Counted from the first letter of the stretch, positions 8,407 through 18,358 are shown. The stretch: 64,000 nucleotides of DNA from Candidatus Lloydbacteria bacterium RIFCSPHIGHO2_02_FULL_50_18 (GCA_001821395.1 MHLM01000012.1:32001-96000), one strand, 5' to 3'. The notes: generated by a model from the sequence alone, not told the origin. Numbers and translations: made by a program.

Positions 8407-8472
8407 CCTGAAGGTATCCTCAGTCAACTCACGCTTCATTGAATTTTATCTATTTTGCTATACACTGGGCAA

Positions 8473-8994
8473 ATGCTCATCCGTCGTAACCCACTAACCC
8501 TTTTGTCCTTTGTGCTGTTCGTTATTGCTCTCTACTCTGCGGGCATGCTTTCTTCTTCAGCTCGTGTTACACATGAAACAACGATCCCCGAAAACCTTTT
8601 TTCTGTGAAACAGGGTGTTACTCAGGATGGAACGGTGTCTATTTCCGAGGTTTCACGGGTTCCCGCCGTCCCGATCTTTCTAAAGAGTGCGAATCATCCA
8701 CGAACACTGCGAGCATTTGTCGGACCAAGTCAGGGTGACAAAGCATCACTTTTTATAGAGTCGGTACTACCGCGTGGCTATTTTGTTATTTCAGGAGGTT
8801 ATACTGTTTCACAAGATTTCCCGACACTTTTATGGAATAACGCAGTGACACTTCAGTTTTACGGAACAAAAGAGAACAACGAGCAGCTCTACCGTATTCG
8901 TCTTAACGTGCATGCACTTACGGTTGATGCTTTGCCCGTTGATCCGACAGCAACCAGTAGCGATCCGACGGGGTATCGTGTGACGCCGGATTAA
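8473..8994 (+). CDS. Hypothetical membrane-anchored or secreted protein
   Basis: N-terminal signal/TM segment (LLSFVLFVIALYSAG); ORF-track start 8455 is a TTG, and the first ATG is at 8473. Confidence 0.5.
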   Translation: MLIRRNPLTLLSFVLFVIALYSAGMLSSSARVTHETTIPENLFSVKQGVTQDGTVSISEVSRVPAVPIFLKSANHPRTLRAFVGPSQGDKASLFIESVLPRGYFVISGGYTVSQDFPTLLWNNAVTLQFYGTKENNEQLYRIRLNVHALTVDALPVDPTATSSDPTGYRVTPD

Positions 8995-8998
8995 TACT

Positions 8999-9652
8999 AT
9001 GTCCGATATTCACCTTTGTTCCGATGCAGGATCAAAAAAAGCACGCGCGCTGTGCATGCTACGCAATCTGAAACTCCTGTTTCCTGACGCAAAAATGTTT
9101 TTGCAATTCAGCAACAATTGGGAGCTGCTCGTAGCCGTCGAGCTATCAGCACAATGCACCGATAAGAAGGTGAACGAGATCACCCCGGCGTTGTTTCAGA
9201 AGTATCCGACACTTGAGGACTACATTCGCGCCAAGCCAGTCGAGTTCGAACAAATGATCTTTCAGTCAGGATTTTATCGCAATAAGACGAAAAATATTCT
9301 CGCGGCGGCAAAAATAATTCACGATAAATTTGGGGGAAAAATTCCAAAAACAATGACGGAAATGTTATCGATTCCCGGCGTGGCAAGAAAGACCGCCAAT
9401 GTCGTATTGGGAAATGCGTATGGAATTGTGGAGGGTGTTGCTGTTGATACGCACGTGAAACGATTGGCATCTGTACTCGGTCTTTCTTCAGAAAAAGATC
9501 CGAATAAGATCGAGAAAGACCTCATGGCATTATTTCCAAAAAAAGAGTGGTTTTATCTTACCTATCTTTTGATTGAATTTGGTCGCACCTATTGCCCGGC
9601 GCGTAAACATGACCATGATGCATGCCGGGTACTTCTTGGTCTTAAGCATTGA
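8999..9652 (+). CDS. nth: Endonuclease III-like HhH-GPD DNA glycosylase
   Basis: HhH motif LxxIPGVARKTANVVL followed by a catalytic-region GxxxxD, and a Cys-containing C-terminus. Confidence 0.7.
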   Translation: MSDIHLCSDAGSKKARALCMLRNLKLLFPDAKMFLQFSNNWELLVAVELSAQCTDKKVNEITPALFQKYPTLEDYIRAKPVEFEQMIFQSGFYRNKTKNILAAAKIIHDKFGGKIPKTMTEMLSIPGVARKTANVVLGNAYGIVEGVAVDTHVKRLASVLGLSSEKDPNKIEKDLMALFPKKEWFYLTYLLIEFGRTYCPARKHDHDACRVLLGLKH

Positions 9653-9662
9653 GTAATAATAA

Positions 9663-11006
9663 TTATTTTACGAGATTGATGAGGGAAAGCAGTTCAAGCT
9701 TTTTGTCTTCCAGTATCATCGATGTATCACCCTCAATATTTAATCGTACAAGAGGTTCGGTGTTTGATGCGCGGAGAGAAAACCACCAATTGGGATAACT
9801 GATTTTGATACCGTCTAATGTGTCAAGTTTACCATCAGCATATTTTTCTTTCGTGATTGTAAAAAGTGCAGCAGAATTTTTTATTGCGAAATTCAATTCC
9901 CCGGAGTGTGCATAGCGACTGACATGTTGCACGAGTTCAGAAAGTTTTTTTCCTGATGACGCCATTATGTTCATTATGAGGATTGCGGGAAGTGCCCCCA
10001 TTTCTGCCGCATATCCGTTTTCCGTAAAATAATAATGGCCTGAAAGTTCTCCTGCAAATACTGCTCCTGTTTCGCGCATGTGCTTTTTAATATTTGCATG
10101 ACCAACCATGCATTCTTTCGCGATTCCACCTGCGGCTTCGATCTCTTCTTTTACTGTGCGCGATGAGCGAAGATCATAAAGTATTGTTGCACCTGGATGA
10201 CGTCGCAATACTTCCGGTGCAATGATCGCGGTGATGAGGTCCATCGGGACAGGATTTCCAAGTTCGTCGACAAAGCCAACACGGTCGGCATCACCATCAA
10301 ACGCAACTCCCATATCCGCCTTTTTTTCTTTTACTAGAAGAGAGAGTTCCTCGAGTGTTTCTGTGTTGAGAGGATTTGCTTCATGGGGGCACGTACCGGG
10401 AGCTTCTAGTGTGTCGTAAAGTGAGCCTACAATTTCAATATTTTTAATCTGATGAAAAATTGGAAGCTCAAGTACTCCCATTGCGTGAGCAGGGTCAAAT
10501 GCAAGTCGAAAATTCATGTCATGCAGATCCGCGAATGATAATAAAAAACTGTGATAGTCCGCAGTGATGGAGCGAGTCGTCATATTCCCCCTCTCCCCGT
10601 CTTTTTTAAAATTGGACTTCATCATGATGTCGCGAATGTCACTCAGCCCACTGTTGAGACCAAGCGGTATCGCATTTTCTTGACAGATCTTTAGTCCATT
10701 ATATTGACCTGGATTGTGTGATGCGGTAATCATTACGGCTCCATCAACAGAAAGGGTTGCTGATGCAAAATAGAGCATAGGAGTGGACACAAGTCCGAGG
10801 TCGATAATCGTACAGCCCTCATCCATCGCACCCCTGGTGAATGCGTCAAATAAAGAAGGGGAGGAGTCACGATTGTCACGTCCTACCGCAAGTGATTTTG
10901 CTCTTAGTTTTATAACCGTTGCGTGCCCGATTTTCTCGATAATTTCCTCGTTTAATTCTGAAGGATAAACGCCACGAATGTCATAGGATTTAAAGATATT
11001 GGTCAT
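9663..11006 (-). CDS. Phosphomannomutase / phosphoglucomutase
   Basis: YDIRG N-terminus, TASHNP active-site serine loop, and a four-domain PGM/PMM layout. Confidence 0.85.
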   Translation of the reverse strand: MTNIFKSYDIRGVYPSELNEEIIEKIGHATVIKLRAKSLAVGRDNRDSSPSLFDAFTRGAMDEGCTIIDLGLVSTPMLYFASATLSVDGAVMITASHNPGQYNGLKICQENAIPLGLNSGLSDIRDIMMKSNFKKDGERGNMTTRSITADYHSFLLSFADLHDMNFRLAFDPAHAMGVLELPIFHQIKNIEIVGSLYDTLEAPGTCPHEANPLNTETLEELSLLVKEKKADMGVAFDGDADRVGFVDELGNPVPMDLITAIIAPEVLRRHPGATILYDLRSSRTVKEEIEAAGGIAKECMVGHANIKKHMRETGAVFAGELSGHYYFTENGYAAEMGALPAILIMNIMASSGKKLSELVQHVSRYAHSGELNFAIKNSAALFTITKEKYADGKLDTLDGIKISYPNWWFSLRASNTEPLVRLNIEGDTSMILEDKKLELLSLINLVK

Positions 11007-11088
11007 ACAACCATTATATCGTTGTTTGGATATTGTAAAAGTTGTGCTTGTTGTCTCTCTGCCTTCAATCTGCTAGGATGTGCTCATT

Positions 11089-11159
11089 GCGGGATTAGTT
11101 TAGTGGCAAAATAGGAGTTTTCCAAACTCTTGTCGCCGGTTCGATTCCGGCATCCCGCA
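11089..11159 (+). tRNA. tRNA-Gly (anticodon UCC)
   Basis: Manual cloverleaf: acceptor GCGGGAT/ATCCCGC, anticodon stem GGAGT/ACTCT with loop TTTCCAA, T-arm GCCGG-TTCGATT-CCGGC, discriminator A. Confidence 0.8.
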
Positions 11160-11174
11160 CAGAAATGAGATTCA

Positions 11175-11206
11175 AAGAGCGCATTACTGCGCTCTTTGTA
11201 TTTTTG
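11175..11206 (+). terminator. Rho-independent terminator after tRNA-Gly
   Basis: AAAGAGCGCATTACTGCGCTCTTT followed by a T-run. Confidence 0.6.
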
Positions 11207-11467
11207 TGAACCACAGCGATGTTTCGCCAGCGGGTGAAACTGCAGGGTGGGGCCACGAATACTTACATTTTTTGTGCGAGTAGCTATAAAAAATCTAGTG
11301 ATTCGTGATCTGGGATACGAAACACTACCGATAGATGGTTGTTTTGTATGTGCGCGGAAGGCTGCCAGAATGACTTGGTCAGGGCTAAATCGGAAGGTTC
11401 TTCGACAACGACCGACTAATTTTTTCTTGTAACAGTGTTGCACGTATGGCGATGTCGGTTATATAGT

Positions 11468-12004
11468 ATGTTCATGCCAAAAAAAGAAAAGATCGGAAGC
11501 GACGGATATTCTGAGGAAATTTATGACGCTAAGCGTAATGAGCTTGAGGAGCTGGGAATTGCTTATCAGCCCCCGTCTCCGGAGCGAAATTCCGATGAAG
11601 AGTGGAAATCGCTCAACGATGAGGTCTCGCATGAGGCAAAGAAGATCATCGCAACACTCGATCGACTGAGTGCAAACGCAAAACGACTTGCCGAAAAAGA
11701 TGAGTTACATCGTGAATATCTTGGGCTGGTTCCGAGAGTAGAAGAGGCAAGAGAGGAGATCAAAAAAACTCTTGCAGAGGTTTCTGACACCGCCTCATTT
11801 GGGGTGGTGCGCGAGGCGGGGGAAGTACTGCGGATGGGCGATGAGCTTGAGGATGTATTACAAAGTGAATCGCCGGTTCAGCCGCGTTCACTCGTCAGAA
11901 TGCTTATCGAGGAGTTTTTAAATGCAAAAAAATACGTGTTGGGAAAATTGCGAAAGTGGCTCGGTTTGCAGCATCGGTATGGTGATCCGCTGCCTCCCGC
12001 TTGA
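11468..12004 (+). CDS. Hypothetical acidic coiled-coil protein
   Basis: Intact ORF whose first ATG is at 11468; ends just before a terminator. Confidence 0.5.
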   Translation: MFMPKKEKIGSDGYSEEIYDAKRNELEELGIAYQPPSPERNSDEEWKSLNDEVSHEAKKIIATLDRLSANAKRLAEKDELHREYLGLVPRVEEAREEIKKTLAEVSDTASFGVVREAGEVLRMGDELEDVLQSESPVQPRSLVRMLIEEFLNAKKYVLGKLRKWLGLQHRYGDPLPPA

Positions 12005-12023
12005 CGAATGCTTCTTGTACTAA

Positions 12024-12052
12024 AAAACCCGCCATAAGGCGGGTTTTTTAGT
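12024..12052. terminator. Bidirectional rho-independent terminator (AAAAAACCCGCCATAAGGCGGGTTTTTT)
   Basis: Perfect hairpin flanked by A and T runs, lying between convergent genes. Confidence 0.8.
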
Positions 12053-12070
12053 GTATGTTTGATTCACTGC

Positions 12071-12346
12071 TTATTCCTTGACGGCGTCCTTGAGTGCCTT
12101 TGCGGGGCGGAACTTAGGAACGCGCATTGCTGCGACCTTGATGGCCTCACCTGTGCGTGGATTGCGCGCAGTGCGTGCAGCACGAGTCTTCACGGACCAG
12201 ATGCCGAGGCCGGCAACCGAGACCTCGTCGCCCTTCTTGAGGGCTCCGGTGATCGTCTCGATCATCGTCTCAACAGCCTGCTCTGCAGCGACCTTTGTGC
12301 CGCCGAGCTTTTCGTGGACTGCCTCAACTATTGACTGCTTGTTCAT
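12071..12346 (-). CDS. hup: DNA-binding protein HU
   Basis: MNKQ..IV.A.....G.TK and GF....K..AR.ARNP.TGE signature; 91 aa from the MNKQ start. Confidence 0.9.
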   Translation of the reverse strand: MNKQSIVEAVHEKLGGTKVAAEQAVETMIETITGALKKGDEVSVAGLGIWSVKTRAARTARNPRTGEAIKVAAMRVPKFRPAKALKDAVKE

Positions 12347-12509
12347 CGTTTTCTGATTAGCAGATGCTAATAAATCTTTGTTATGTACGATCACTCGCAA
12401 TAACCCTGCATGCAGAGGTTTCTAGCCTCTATATATATTATATAGGAGCGGTACTTTCGCGCAACAGAGCCATTATTTTGCGGTGGATAACGGAATAAGT
12501 GTCAAAATA

Positions 12510-12538
12510 TTGACAAACATAAAGCAATATGCTAAAAT
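12510..12538 (+). promoter_or_regulatory. Sigma70-type promoter (TTGACA, 17-bp spacer, TAAAAT)
   Basis: Consensus -35 and -10 hexamers with a 17-bp spacer. Confidence 0.6.
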
Positions 12539-12544
12539 ATGACT

Positions 12545-12706
12545 ACGAGTGCGATCTCAGAAAATTGAGGAAAGAGTGAATCAAGAAATTTTTTACTCCA
12601 TGTCACTTCTCTTCAGCAGTATTAAGGATTTAATGGGTAATTATGCCCAGTCAGTAGTATAAAAAAGAGCAGCATTCCCGAAAAACCGCTAGACAAAGCG
12701 GTTTTT
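12545..12706 (+). ncRNA. Candidate small transcript of about 160 nt, either a small RNA or a short-ORF mRNA, bounded by a promoter and an intrinsic terminator
   Basis: Consensus promoter at 12510-12538 and a terminator hairpin AAAAACCGCTAGACAAAGCGGTTTTT at 12681-12706; only 20-29-aa ORFs lie inside. Confidence 0.35.
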
Positions 12707-12713
12707 CAACACA

Positions 12714-12741
12714 TTGACAAATCGCCCAAATCAGGTACAAT
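12714..12741 (+). promoter_or_regulatory. Sigma70-type promoter (TTGACA, 16-bp spacer, TACAAT)
   Basis: Consensus hexamers read directly from the sequence. Confidence 0.6.
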
Positions 12742-12770
12742 CACTGTAGGTCATGTAGATGGAGACATCC

Positions 12771-12875
12771 ATGGGAAACAACTGGATTGGATATTTGGCG
12801 ATAGGGTTTGTGGCATTGGTCGTGTGTTTTGGCGCTTGGGAGGCCTGGCGCGCATATCAGAAAAGACCGCGATAG
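12771..12875 (+). CDS. Unannotated small membrane protein (34 aa, MGNNWIGYLAIGFVALVVCFGAWEAWRAYQKRPR)
   Basis: GGAGA ribosome-binding site 7 nt upstream, a consensus promoter upstream, a single TM helix and a terminator hairpin at 12893-12917; it is not in the ORF track because it is shorter than the cutoff. Confidence 0.5.
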   Translation: MGNNWIGYLAIGFVALVVCFGAWEAWRAYQKRPR

Positions 12876-12892
12876 AATCTGGAGGAGCAGAA

Positions 12893-12917
12893 GCCGCTCG
12901 ACTGAGTGGCTTTTTTT
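12893..12917 (+). terminator. Rho-independent terminator
   Basis: GCCGCTCGACTGAGTGGC followed by TTTTTTT. Confidence 0.55.
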
Positions 12918-12960
12918 ATGCAGTATTCTTACTCCCTACCTACTACTTGATGCACTTTAA

Positions 12961-14490
12961 TTATCTCGCGTACTCGATGCAGCGCATCTCACGGATAACG
13001 GTTATCTTGATCTCCCCGGGATATTTCATTTCCTGCTCTATTTGAAGAGCGATATCTCGTGCGAGTGCATGTGCCTCAAGGTCACTGATTGTCTGCGGTG
13101 TAACGAAGACACGCATTTCGCGGCCAGCCTGAAGCGCGTAGGCTTTTTCTACGCCCGGTTTTGCGCAAGCAATCTTCTCAAGTTCCTCAAGTTTTTTGAG
13201 ATAATTCTCCACCGACGCGCGTCGCGCACCAGGTCTTCCTCCTGAGATCGCATCGGCAGTCTGCACGATGATCGATTCGATCGTTTCATAAGGATATTCC
13301 TCATGGTGGGATTGCATTGCCTTCACGATGCGCTCATCTGCACCGAATTTCGCTAAGATGCGCCGTCCGATCTCCACATGAGTTCCTTGCACTTCATGGT
13401 CAAGCGCCTTTCCGATGTCATGGAAGAGCGCCCCCGCTCGTGCTATCTGCACATTTGCACCCAACTCCTCCGCAAGCATGCCGGAAATATGAGCCATTTC
13501 AATGGAATGCTGAAGCACGTTCTGTCCGTAACTCGTACGGAAGTAAAGCCGTCCGAGAATAGAGACAAGACGGGGATCCATGTTGAGCACGCCGCATTCG
13601 TAGCATGCTTGTTCACCCTTCTCTTTGATGATCTTATTGATGTCGAGGCTGGCTTTTTCCACGAGTTCTTCGATCTTGGAAGGCTGAATGCGTCCGTCGA
13701 GAATAAGATTCTCGAGTGCAACACGTGCGATCTGCCGTCGCACCGGGTCAAATGCGGAAATGATGATCGTTCCCGGAGTGTCATCAACAATGAGTTCAAC
13801 ACCGGCAACGCGCTCGAAGGTGCGGATGTTGCGCCCTTCTTTGCCGATGATCTTACCTTTGATCTCATCGTTTGGAATATTGACCGCTGAGGTCATGATG
13901 TCACCGGCGGTTGACGCAGCGAGGCGTTGAATTGAGGTGGAAAGGATGTCTTTCGCGCGTCGGTCGAGCCGCTCGATGCCCTCGCGCTCCAGCTTTTGTA
14001 ATCGCACACGAAAATCTTCCTCGAACCGTTCGTCGATCTTTTTGACAAGGGCCTGCTTTGCTTCTTCCTCGGAGAGCCCCGCAACCTTCTCAAGTTCCTT
14101 CTCAACAAGCTGTTTCCGCTCTTCGATCGTTGTTTTGATGGCGCGGATCTCTTCTGCTTTTGCCTTGATATTGTCGACTTCCTTGTCGACGTCCTCTTGC
14201 TTTCGGTCGAGTGTTTCCTCCTTCTTTATGAGACGTTCTTCCGTTTTACGCCACTCGTGCTCCTTTTCCTTTTCCTGAGCACGCAATTCTTCGGCTTTTC
14301 TCTCCCCTTTTTTCTCTGATTCTTGAATGATCTTCTGCGCCTCTTCCTTTGCGGAAAGCAGCAATTGCTTGACCTCGATCTCGATCGTACCCTTTTTGCC
14401 TACAGTGAGAGCCCAGCGGATGACATATCCGGCGATAAGGCCGAAAATGCCGCTGCCCACACCAATGGCGATAACCATGGTGAAATCCAT
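12961..14490 (-). CDS. rny: Ribonuclease Y
   Basis: N-terminal TM helix, coiled coil, KH domain and HD domain (HSIEMAHISGMLAEELG, LFHDIGKA). Confidence 0.9.
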   Translation of the reverse strand: MDFTMVIAIGVGSGIFGLIAGYVIRWALTVGKKGTIEIEVKQLLLSAKEEAQKIIQESEKKGERKAEELRAQEKEKEHEWRKTEERLIKKEETLDRKQEDVDKEVDNIKAKAEEIRAIKTTIEERKQLVEKELEKVAGLSEEEAKQALVKKIDERFEEDFRVRLQKLEREGIERLDRRAKDILSTSIQRLAASTAGDIMTSAVNIPNDEIKGKIIGKEGRNIRTFERVAGVELIVDDTPGTIIISAFDPVRRQIARVALENLILDGRIQPSKIEELVEKASLDINKIIKEKGEQACYECGVLNMDPRLVSILGRLYFRTSYGQNVLQHSIEMAHISGMLAEELGANVQIARAGALFHDIGKALDHEVQGTHVEIGRRILAKFGADERIVKAMQSHHEEYPYETIESIIVQTADAISGGRPGARRASVENYLKKLEELEKIACAKPGVEKAYALQAGREMRVFVTPQTISDLEAHALARDIALQIEQEMKYPGEIKITVIREMRCIEYAR

Positions 14491-14763
14491 ATATGTAAAA
14501 ACCGTACCCTACATGACGGATTCGTGTGCGTGCGAAAAAATACGGATGTTCTTTAGGTTTCTTAGCGTAGGTCGGTGAAAGTCGAGAGCATCTGGAGATT
14601 TAAGTGCATACGAGTGGTGTAGGAGGAGGTTCAGATTACGTTGATAAATAACGATATTTCTTCAAATGTCAGTTTGCGTGCCTGCGTGAGATGGATACTG
14701 ACATTCTCAATGTATCAGATTGTCACATAAAGGCAAATTCGATAATGTATTTGGGGATATAAA

Positions 14764-14795
14764 TAAAAAACGACGCATAGTGCGCCGTTGTGGTT
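14764..14795 (-). terminator. Rho-independent terminator for the small membrane gene at 14813-15103
   Basis: On the minus strand, a hairpin CGGCGCACTATGCGTCG followed by a T-run. Confidence 0.5.
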
Positions 14796-14812
14796 GCTGA
14801 GCCCTCGTTTCG

Positions 14813-15103
14813 TCATGAAAGGTATCCCGCATACCAAGTAGTTGCAATAATCATCGCAAGTATTAGTGTTTTTACAAAATAGGTCTTCGATATGTCGCGA
14901 AGCGACGGATGCCAGAGAGCAAAAAACCCGACATAGAGCGCCCAGACCACAATTGCCACAGCAAGTGGAAGGGATCCAATTAGTCCGATTAGCAGGCTAA
15001 TGATCATGACGCGCATGGTCATATTTCTCTCTGAGTGACCGAAGATGATCGCTCCGCCGAGGCGATAGATAGCCTCAAGGCACGTGTAGAAAAACTCCTC
15101 CAT
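14813..15103 (-). CDS. Hypothetical small membrane protein (96 aa, 2-3 TM helices)
   Basis: Hydrophobic ORF with its own terminator. Confidence 0.5.
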   Translation of the reverse strand: MEEFFYTCLEAIYRLGGAIIFGHSERNMTMRVMIISLLIGLIGSLPLAVAIVVWALYVGFFALWHPSLRDISKTYFVKTLILAMIIATTWYAGYLS

Positions 15104-15170
15104 CTATTTCCCCTCTAAAAAACATCCCATGAATATTCTTTCATGGGATGTCTGTTATTGCAAGCAGTGG

Positions 15171-15767
15171 CTATTTGCTGTTCATTTTTGGTTTCAGCAC
15201 CTCATCGATGAGACCATACTTTTTGGACTCATCGGCAGACATGTAGTTGTCTCGGTCGGAGTCTTTTTCTATCTGATCAATGTTTTTTCCGGTGTTTTTG
15301 GCAAGAATACGATTTAAGTTCTCTTTGGTGCGAAGAATATGTTTCGCGGAAATAGCGATATCGGAGGCTTGTCCCTCGACGCCACCCATCACTTGATGGA
15401 TCATGACCTCAGCGTTCGGAAGTGCGAACCGCTTTCCCTTTGTACCGGAGGCGAGCAATACGGCCGCCATGCTTGCGGCGATGCCGACGCAGATCGTCGA
15501 AACATCAGGCTTGATATGATTCATCGTGTCATAGATCGCTAGTCCTGCGCTCACTGACCCGCCAGGGGAGTGAATATATAATTTAATGTCTTTCTTCGGG
15601 TCTTCTGACTCAAGAAAGAGCATTTGTGCAATGATGATATTGGCGGAATCATCATCAATAGCACCGGACATGAAAATGATACGCTCTTTTAAAAGACGTG
15701 AGTAAATATCATATGCGCGTTCGCCCATGGATGTTTTTTCGATGACCGTTGGAATGAGGTAGCCCAT
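15171..15767 (-). CDS. clpP: ATP-dependent Clp protease proteolytic subunit
   Basis: The S-H-D triad context [12 protein letters not shown] and MIHQ; the start was set at MGYLIP. Confidence 0.9.
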   Translation of the reverse strand: MGYLIPTVIEKTSMGERAYDIYSRLLKERIIFMSGAIDDDSANIIIAQMLFLESEDPKKDIKLYIHSPGGSVSAGLAIYDTMNHIKPDVSTICVGIAASMAAVLLASGTKGKRFALPNAEVMIHQVMGGVEGQASDIAISAKHILRTKENLNRILAKNTGKNIDQIEKDSDRDNYMSADESKKYGLIDEVLKPKMNSK

Positions 15768-15821
15768 AGTTTGTAGGTTAGTTAGATAACGGGACCAATG
15801 TAGCACGCAAATCTTCCCTTG

Positions 15822-16553
15822 TCAAAATGCTTTCGTTCCAGCATTTTTGTTTTTTGCTGCAGCGATGAATGCCTGAAAAAGTCTTGTCGACGGTTCATCT
15901 AAGAGCTCTTCCGGATGCCATTGAACACCAATATAAAATGGATGACCCCGTAGTTCGACAGCCTCAATGAGTCCGTCACTGGTCGCACCAGAAGCGGTGA
16001 GTTTGTTAGACAGTCTTTTTATTCCCTGATGGTGAAGACTATTAGTCATAGCTTTCCCCCCTCCATATATTTGTGCGAGCAGCGACCCACTCTTGATTTC
16101 CACTTCGTGTGCGAGAAAGTTGCGTTTTTGACCATCGTGCATGTCGTGTGTGAGTGACCCTGAAAGATCCGTCGTGAGGTGTTGATAGAGTGATCCTCCG
16201 AGAGTAATATTCATTACTTGTAATCCACGACAGATCCCGAGAATTGGTATATTTTTTTCTTGAGCAAGGCGTGCCAGCGTTATCTCTACTCGGTCACGGT
16301 CCTGATCAACGTTGCATGTATGTTCATTTTTTTCTTCTCCGTATGTGTTGGGATCTACGTCATGACCGCCGGCAAGTAAAATTCCATCGATAGTAGAAAG
16401 TAGTTCTTGCAGTGTTTGATCGTCCGGACGTGCAACCATGATAGGGTTGCCACCCGCACGACAGATCGCTTCCGCATATGTTTGATTCAGCTTGTATATT
16501 ATCGGGCGTTGGTCATTTTGAGTAGCGAGCGGGATCAATATGTTTGGTATCAT
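15822..16553 (-). CDS. Class I glutamine amidotransferase-like hydrolase (gamma-glutamyl-GABA hydrolase / peptidase C26 family)
   Basis: GICRGLQ catalytic Cys motif and HH...E near the C-terminus; the start was set at MIPNILIP. Confidence 0.7.
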   Translation of the reverse strand: MIPNILIPLATQNDQRPIIYKLNQTYAEAICRAGGNPIMVARPDDQTLQELLSTIDGILLAGGHDVDPNTYGEEKNEHTCNVDQDRDRVEITLARLAQEKNIPILGICRGLQVMNITLGGSLYQHLTTDLSGSLTHDMHDGQKRNFLAHEVEIKSGSLLAQIYGGGKAMTNSLHHQGIKRLSNKLTASGATSDGLIEAVELRGHPFYIGVQWHPEELLDEPSTRLFQAFIAAAKNKNAGTKAF

Positions 16554-16615
16554 TATTTGTTGAGTATATGAAAACCCACGCTTTGTGTAAACGTGGGTCT
16601 GTGTGCGTAACGATA

Positions 16616-17149
16616 TCAATACCAGGCATGTCGCACCATCTGCGTATGCGATGGAGTGAACCAGTGGATATGTTCTTTGGCGTTTTCTCTCTTGAGGAAT
16701 GAGCGCATGCCCACATTGTCCGACTTGGTGTCGCAATAGAGAGGTAGTGCAAGCAGTGTGGCCAGCCACTTTGCGTTATCAAGCAGCATCGCGCCGTATC
16801 CATTTCCCCGTTCATCAAGAAGAATGATGAGCCTGCGAATGAATATTCCGCTCACTGATGCTTGTTGCACCCCATCAAAAACATATTGCTGTTCATACGC
16901 TGTAGGTTTTGCATTTTGGACGACAGAAACCCCGATACATCCAATTACTGCACCATTCGCATTTGTCATTGTTTTCTCGAGGCGTATCCGCGAGCGGAGA
17001 ACGAGAGTCCTTGCGTTGTATTGTTCCGTGTTTTTTATTTCCGCGAGAATATCCTTCAGATACGGCATGCCACCCATGGCATTTTTCATTTTTGTATCCG
17101 CAGTAAAAAGTTGACGAATACTTTCTATTTTTGAAAGGAGCACGAGCAT
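16616..17149 (-). CDS. Hypothetical protein, possibly a GNAT-like acetyltransferase
   Basis: RGNGYGAMLL resembles GNAT motif A; the assignment is weak. Confidence 0.35.
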   Translation of the reverse strand: MLVLLSKIESIRQLFTADTKMKNAMGGMPYLKDILAEIKNTEQYNARTLVLRSRIRLEKTMTNANGAVIGCIGVSVVQNAKPTAYEQQYVFDGVQQASVSGIFIRRLIILLDERGNGYGAMLLDNAKWLATLLALPLYCDTKSDNVGMRSFLKRENAKEHIHWFTPSHTQMVRHAWY

Positions 17150-17208
17150 TCTCCTCTATATTTTATTCTTTACGCACACTAACAACAGAAAAAACTTTCT
17201 GCAAGACC

Positions 17209-18276
17209 CTAGGAAATTTGAGACTCTAGGAATTCGAACACCTTTTCATTCGTAAGCAGCATGTGTACATAACTGTGAATGCGATCTTTTTCCGCTTCGG
17301 GGTAGCGTGCTTGAAGTGCTTTTACGTCACGCTCAATAAGTGTTTGGTCAGGTTCAATTTTTTCCGCATCGGCGATCTTTCCGACAAGGATCTGAATGAT
17401 CGCTCTTTTGATCGCATCAGGGCGCCAGTCTTTCCGCATGTCTTCTTTTGTTTTTTCAACTTTCTTTAAGTATCCCTCGATATCGAGTCCCATGCGCGCA
17501 ACATCCGCGGAAAATTCATCTTCCATACGCAAAAGCTCCTGGTCGATGATGATCTCGGGAAGTTCGATCTTCGTATCAGCGACGATCGCTTCCATGATGG
17601 CAATACGTTTTTTATCTTTTACTTCGCGCGACTTCTCGGTGAGCATGTTTTCCTGTAATTTCGCCCTGAGTTCCTCAAGGTTTTTGAACTCACCAAGCGT
17701 TGCCACGTACGCATCGTCTAATTCGGGGAGCGGTGCACTCTCATCAAATTCTTTTCCTTCACTCTCCGCTATGCTCTGTGCACGCATACGACGTATCTGT
17801 TCGAGGGTCTTCGTCATGTCTTCCTCGTTCACGGTGACCTCTGCTTTTGTCTTTCCCGCCTTCGCCGCAATCTTTTTGTAGTCGGGGAGTTCATACTCCG
17901 GAAATACGGCTGTTGTGATCGTGAACTCAAGGGGATTCCCTCGTGCGATCTTCGAGATGTGTATCTCCGGTCGTCCAAGTACGTCGATCTTCTCCGCGAC
18001 GACGATCGTCGGATATGCCCTACTGATCGAAATTTCCGCCATTTCCTCAAGGAGCGCAGCTTCCCCGATCTTGGTGATCAAGACCTTCTCAGGAACGTGG
18101 CCTTTCCGGAAGCCCGGAAGTTCGACGTCGGCACCGATACGCCTTATCGCTTCACTCTGCGTCGCGTCAAATTCGTCTGCACCGACAGATGTCTTTATTT
18201 CAATTCGTGAGCCTGATAATTTTTTGATCGCTACCGGATATGTTGTGTTGGTTTGTTGGTCCATAAGTGCGCGCAT
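17209..18276 (-). CDS. tig: Trigger factor
   Basis: N-terminal ribosome-binding domain with the GFRKGHVP signature and a PPIase-like middle region. Confidence 0.8.
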   Translation of the reverse strand: MRALMDQQTNTTYPVAIKKLSGSRIEIKTSVGADEFDATQSEAIRRIGADVELPGFRKGHVPEKVLITKIGEAALLEEMAEISISRAYPTIVVAEKIDVLGRPEIHISKIARGNPLEFTITTAVFPEYELPDYKKIAAKAGKTKAEVTVNEEDMTKTLEQIRRMRAQSIAESEGKEFDESAPLPELDDAYVATLGEFKNLEELRAKLQENMLTEKSREVKDKKRIAIMEAIVADTKIELPEIIIDQELLRMEDEFSADVARMGLDIEGYLKKVEKTKEDMRKDWRPDAIKRAIIQILVGKIADAEKIEPDQTLIERDVKALQARYPEAEKDRIHSYVHMLLTNEKVFEFLESQIS

Positions 18277-18358
18277 AGTAGCGTTTTTGCGGCATTTTCG
18301 CAAGCAAAAAACACGACATCGTGGGATGTCGTGTTTTTCAGCAAAGTGCACGCAACGA

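Noticed and set aside
11084-11443. 119-aa minus-strand ORF
   Set aside because: It overlaps tRNA-Gly and its terminator entirely, so it is spurious.
12824-13045. 73-aa plus-strand ORF
   Set aside because: It runs through the terminator of the 34-aa gene into the rny 3' end, has no start signals and is likely noise.
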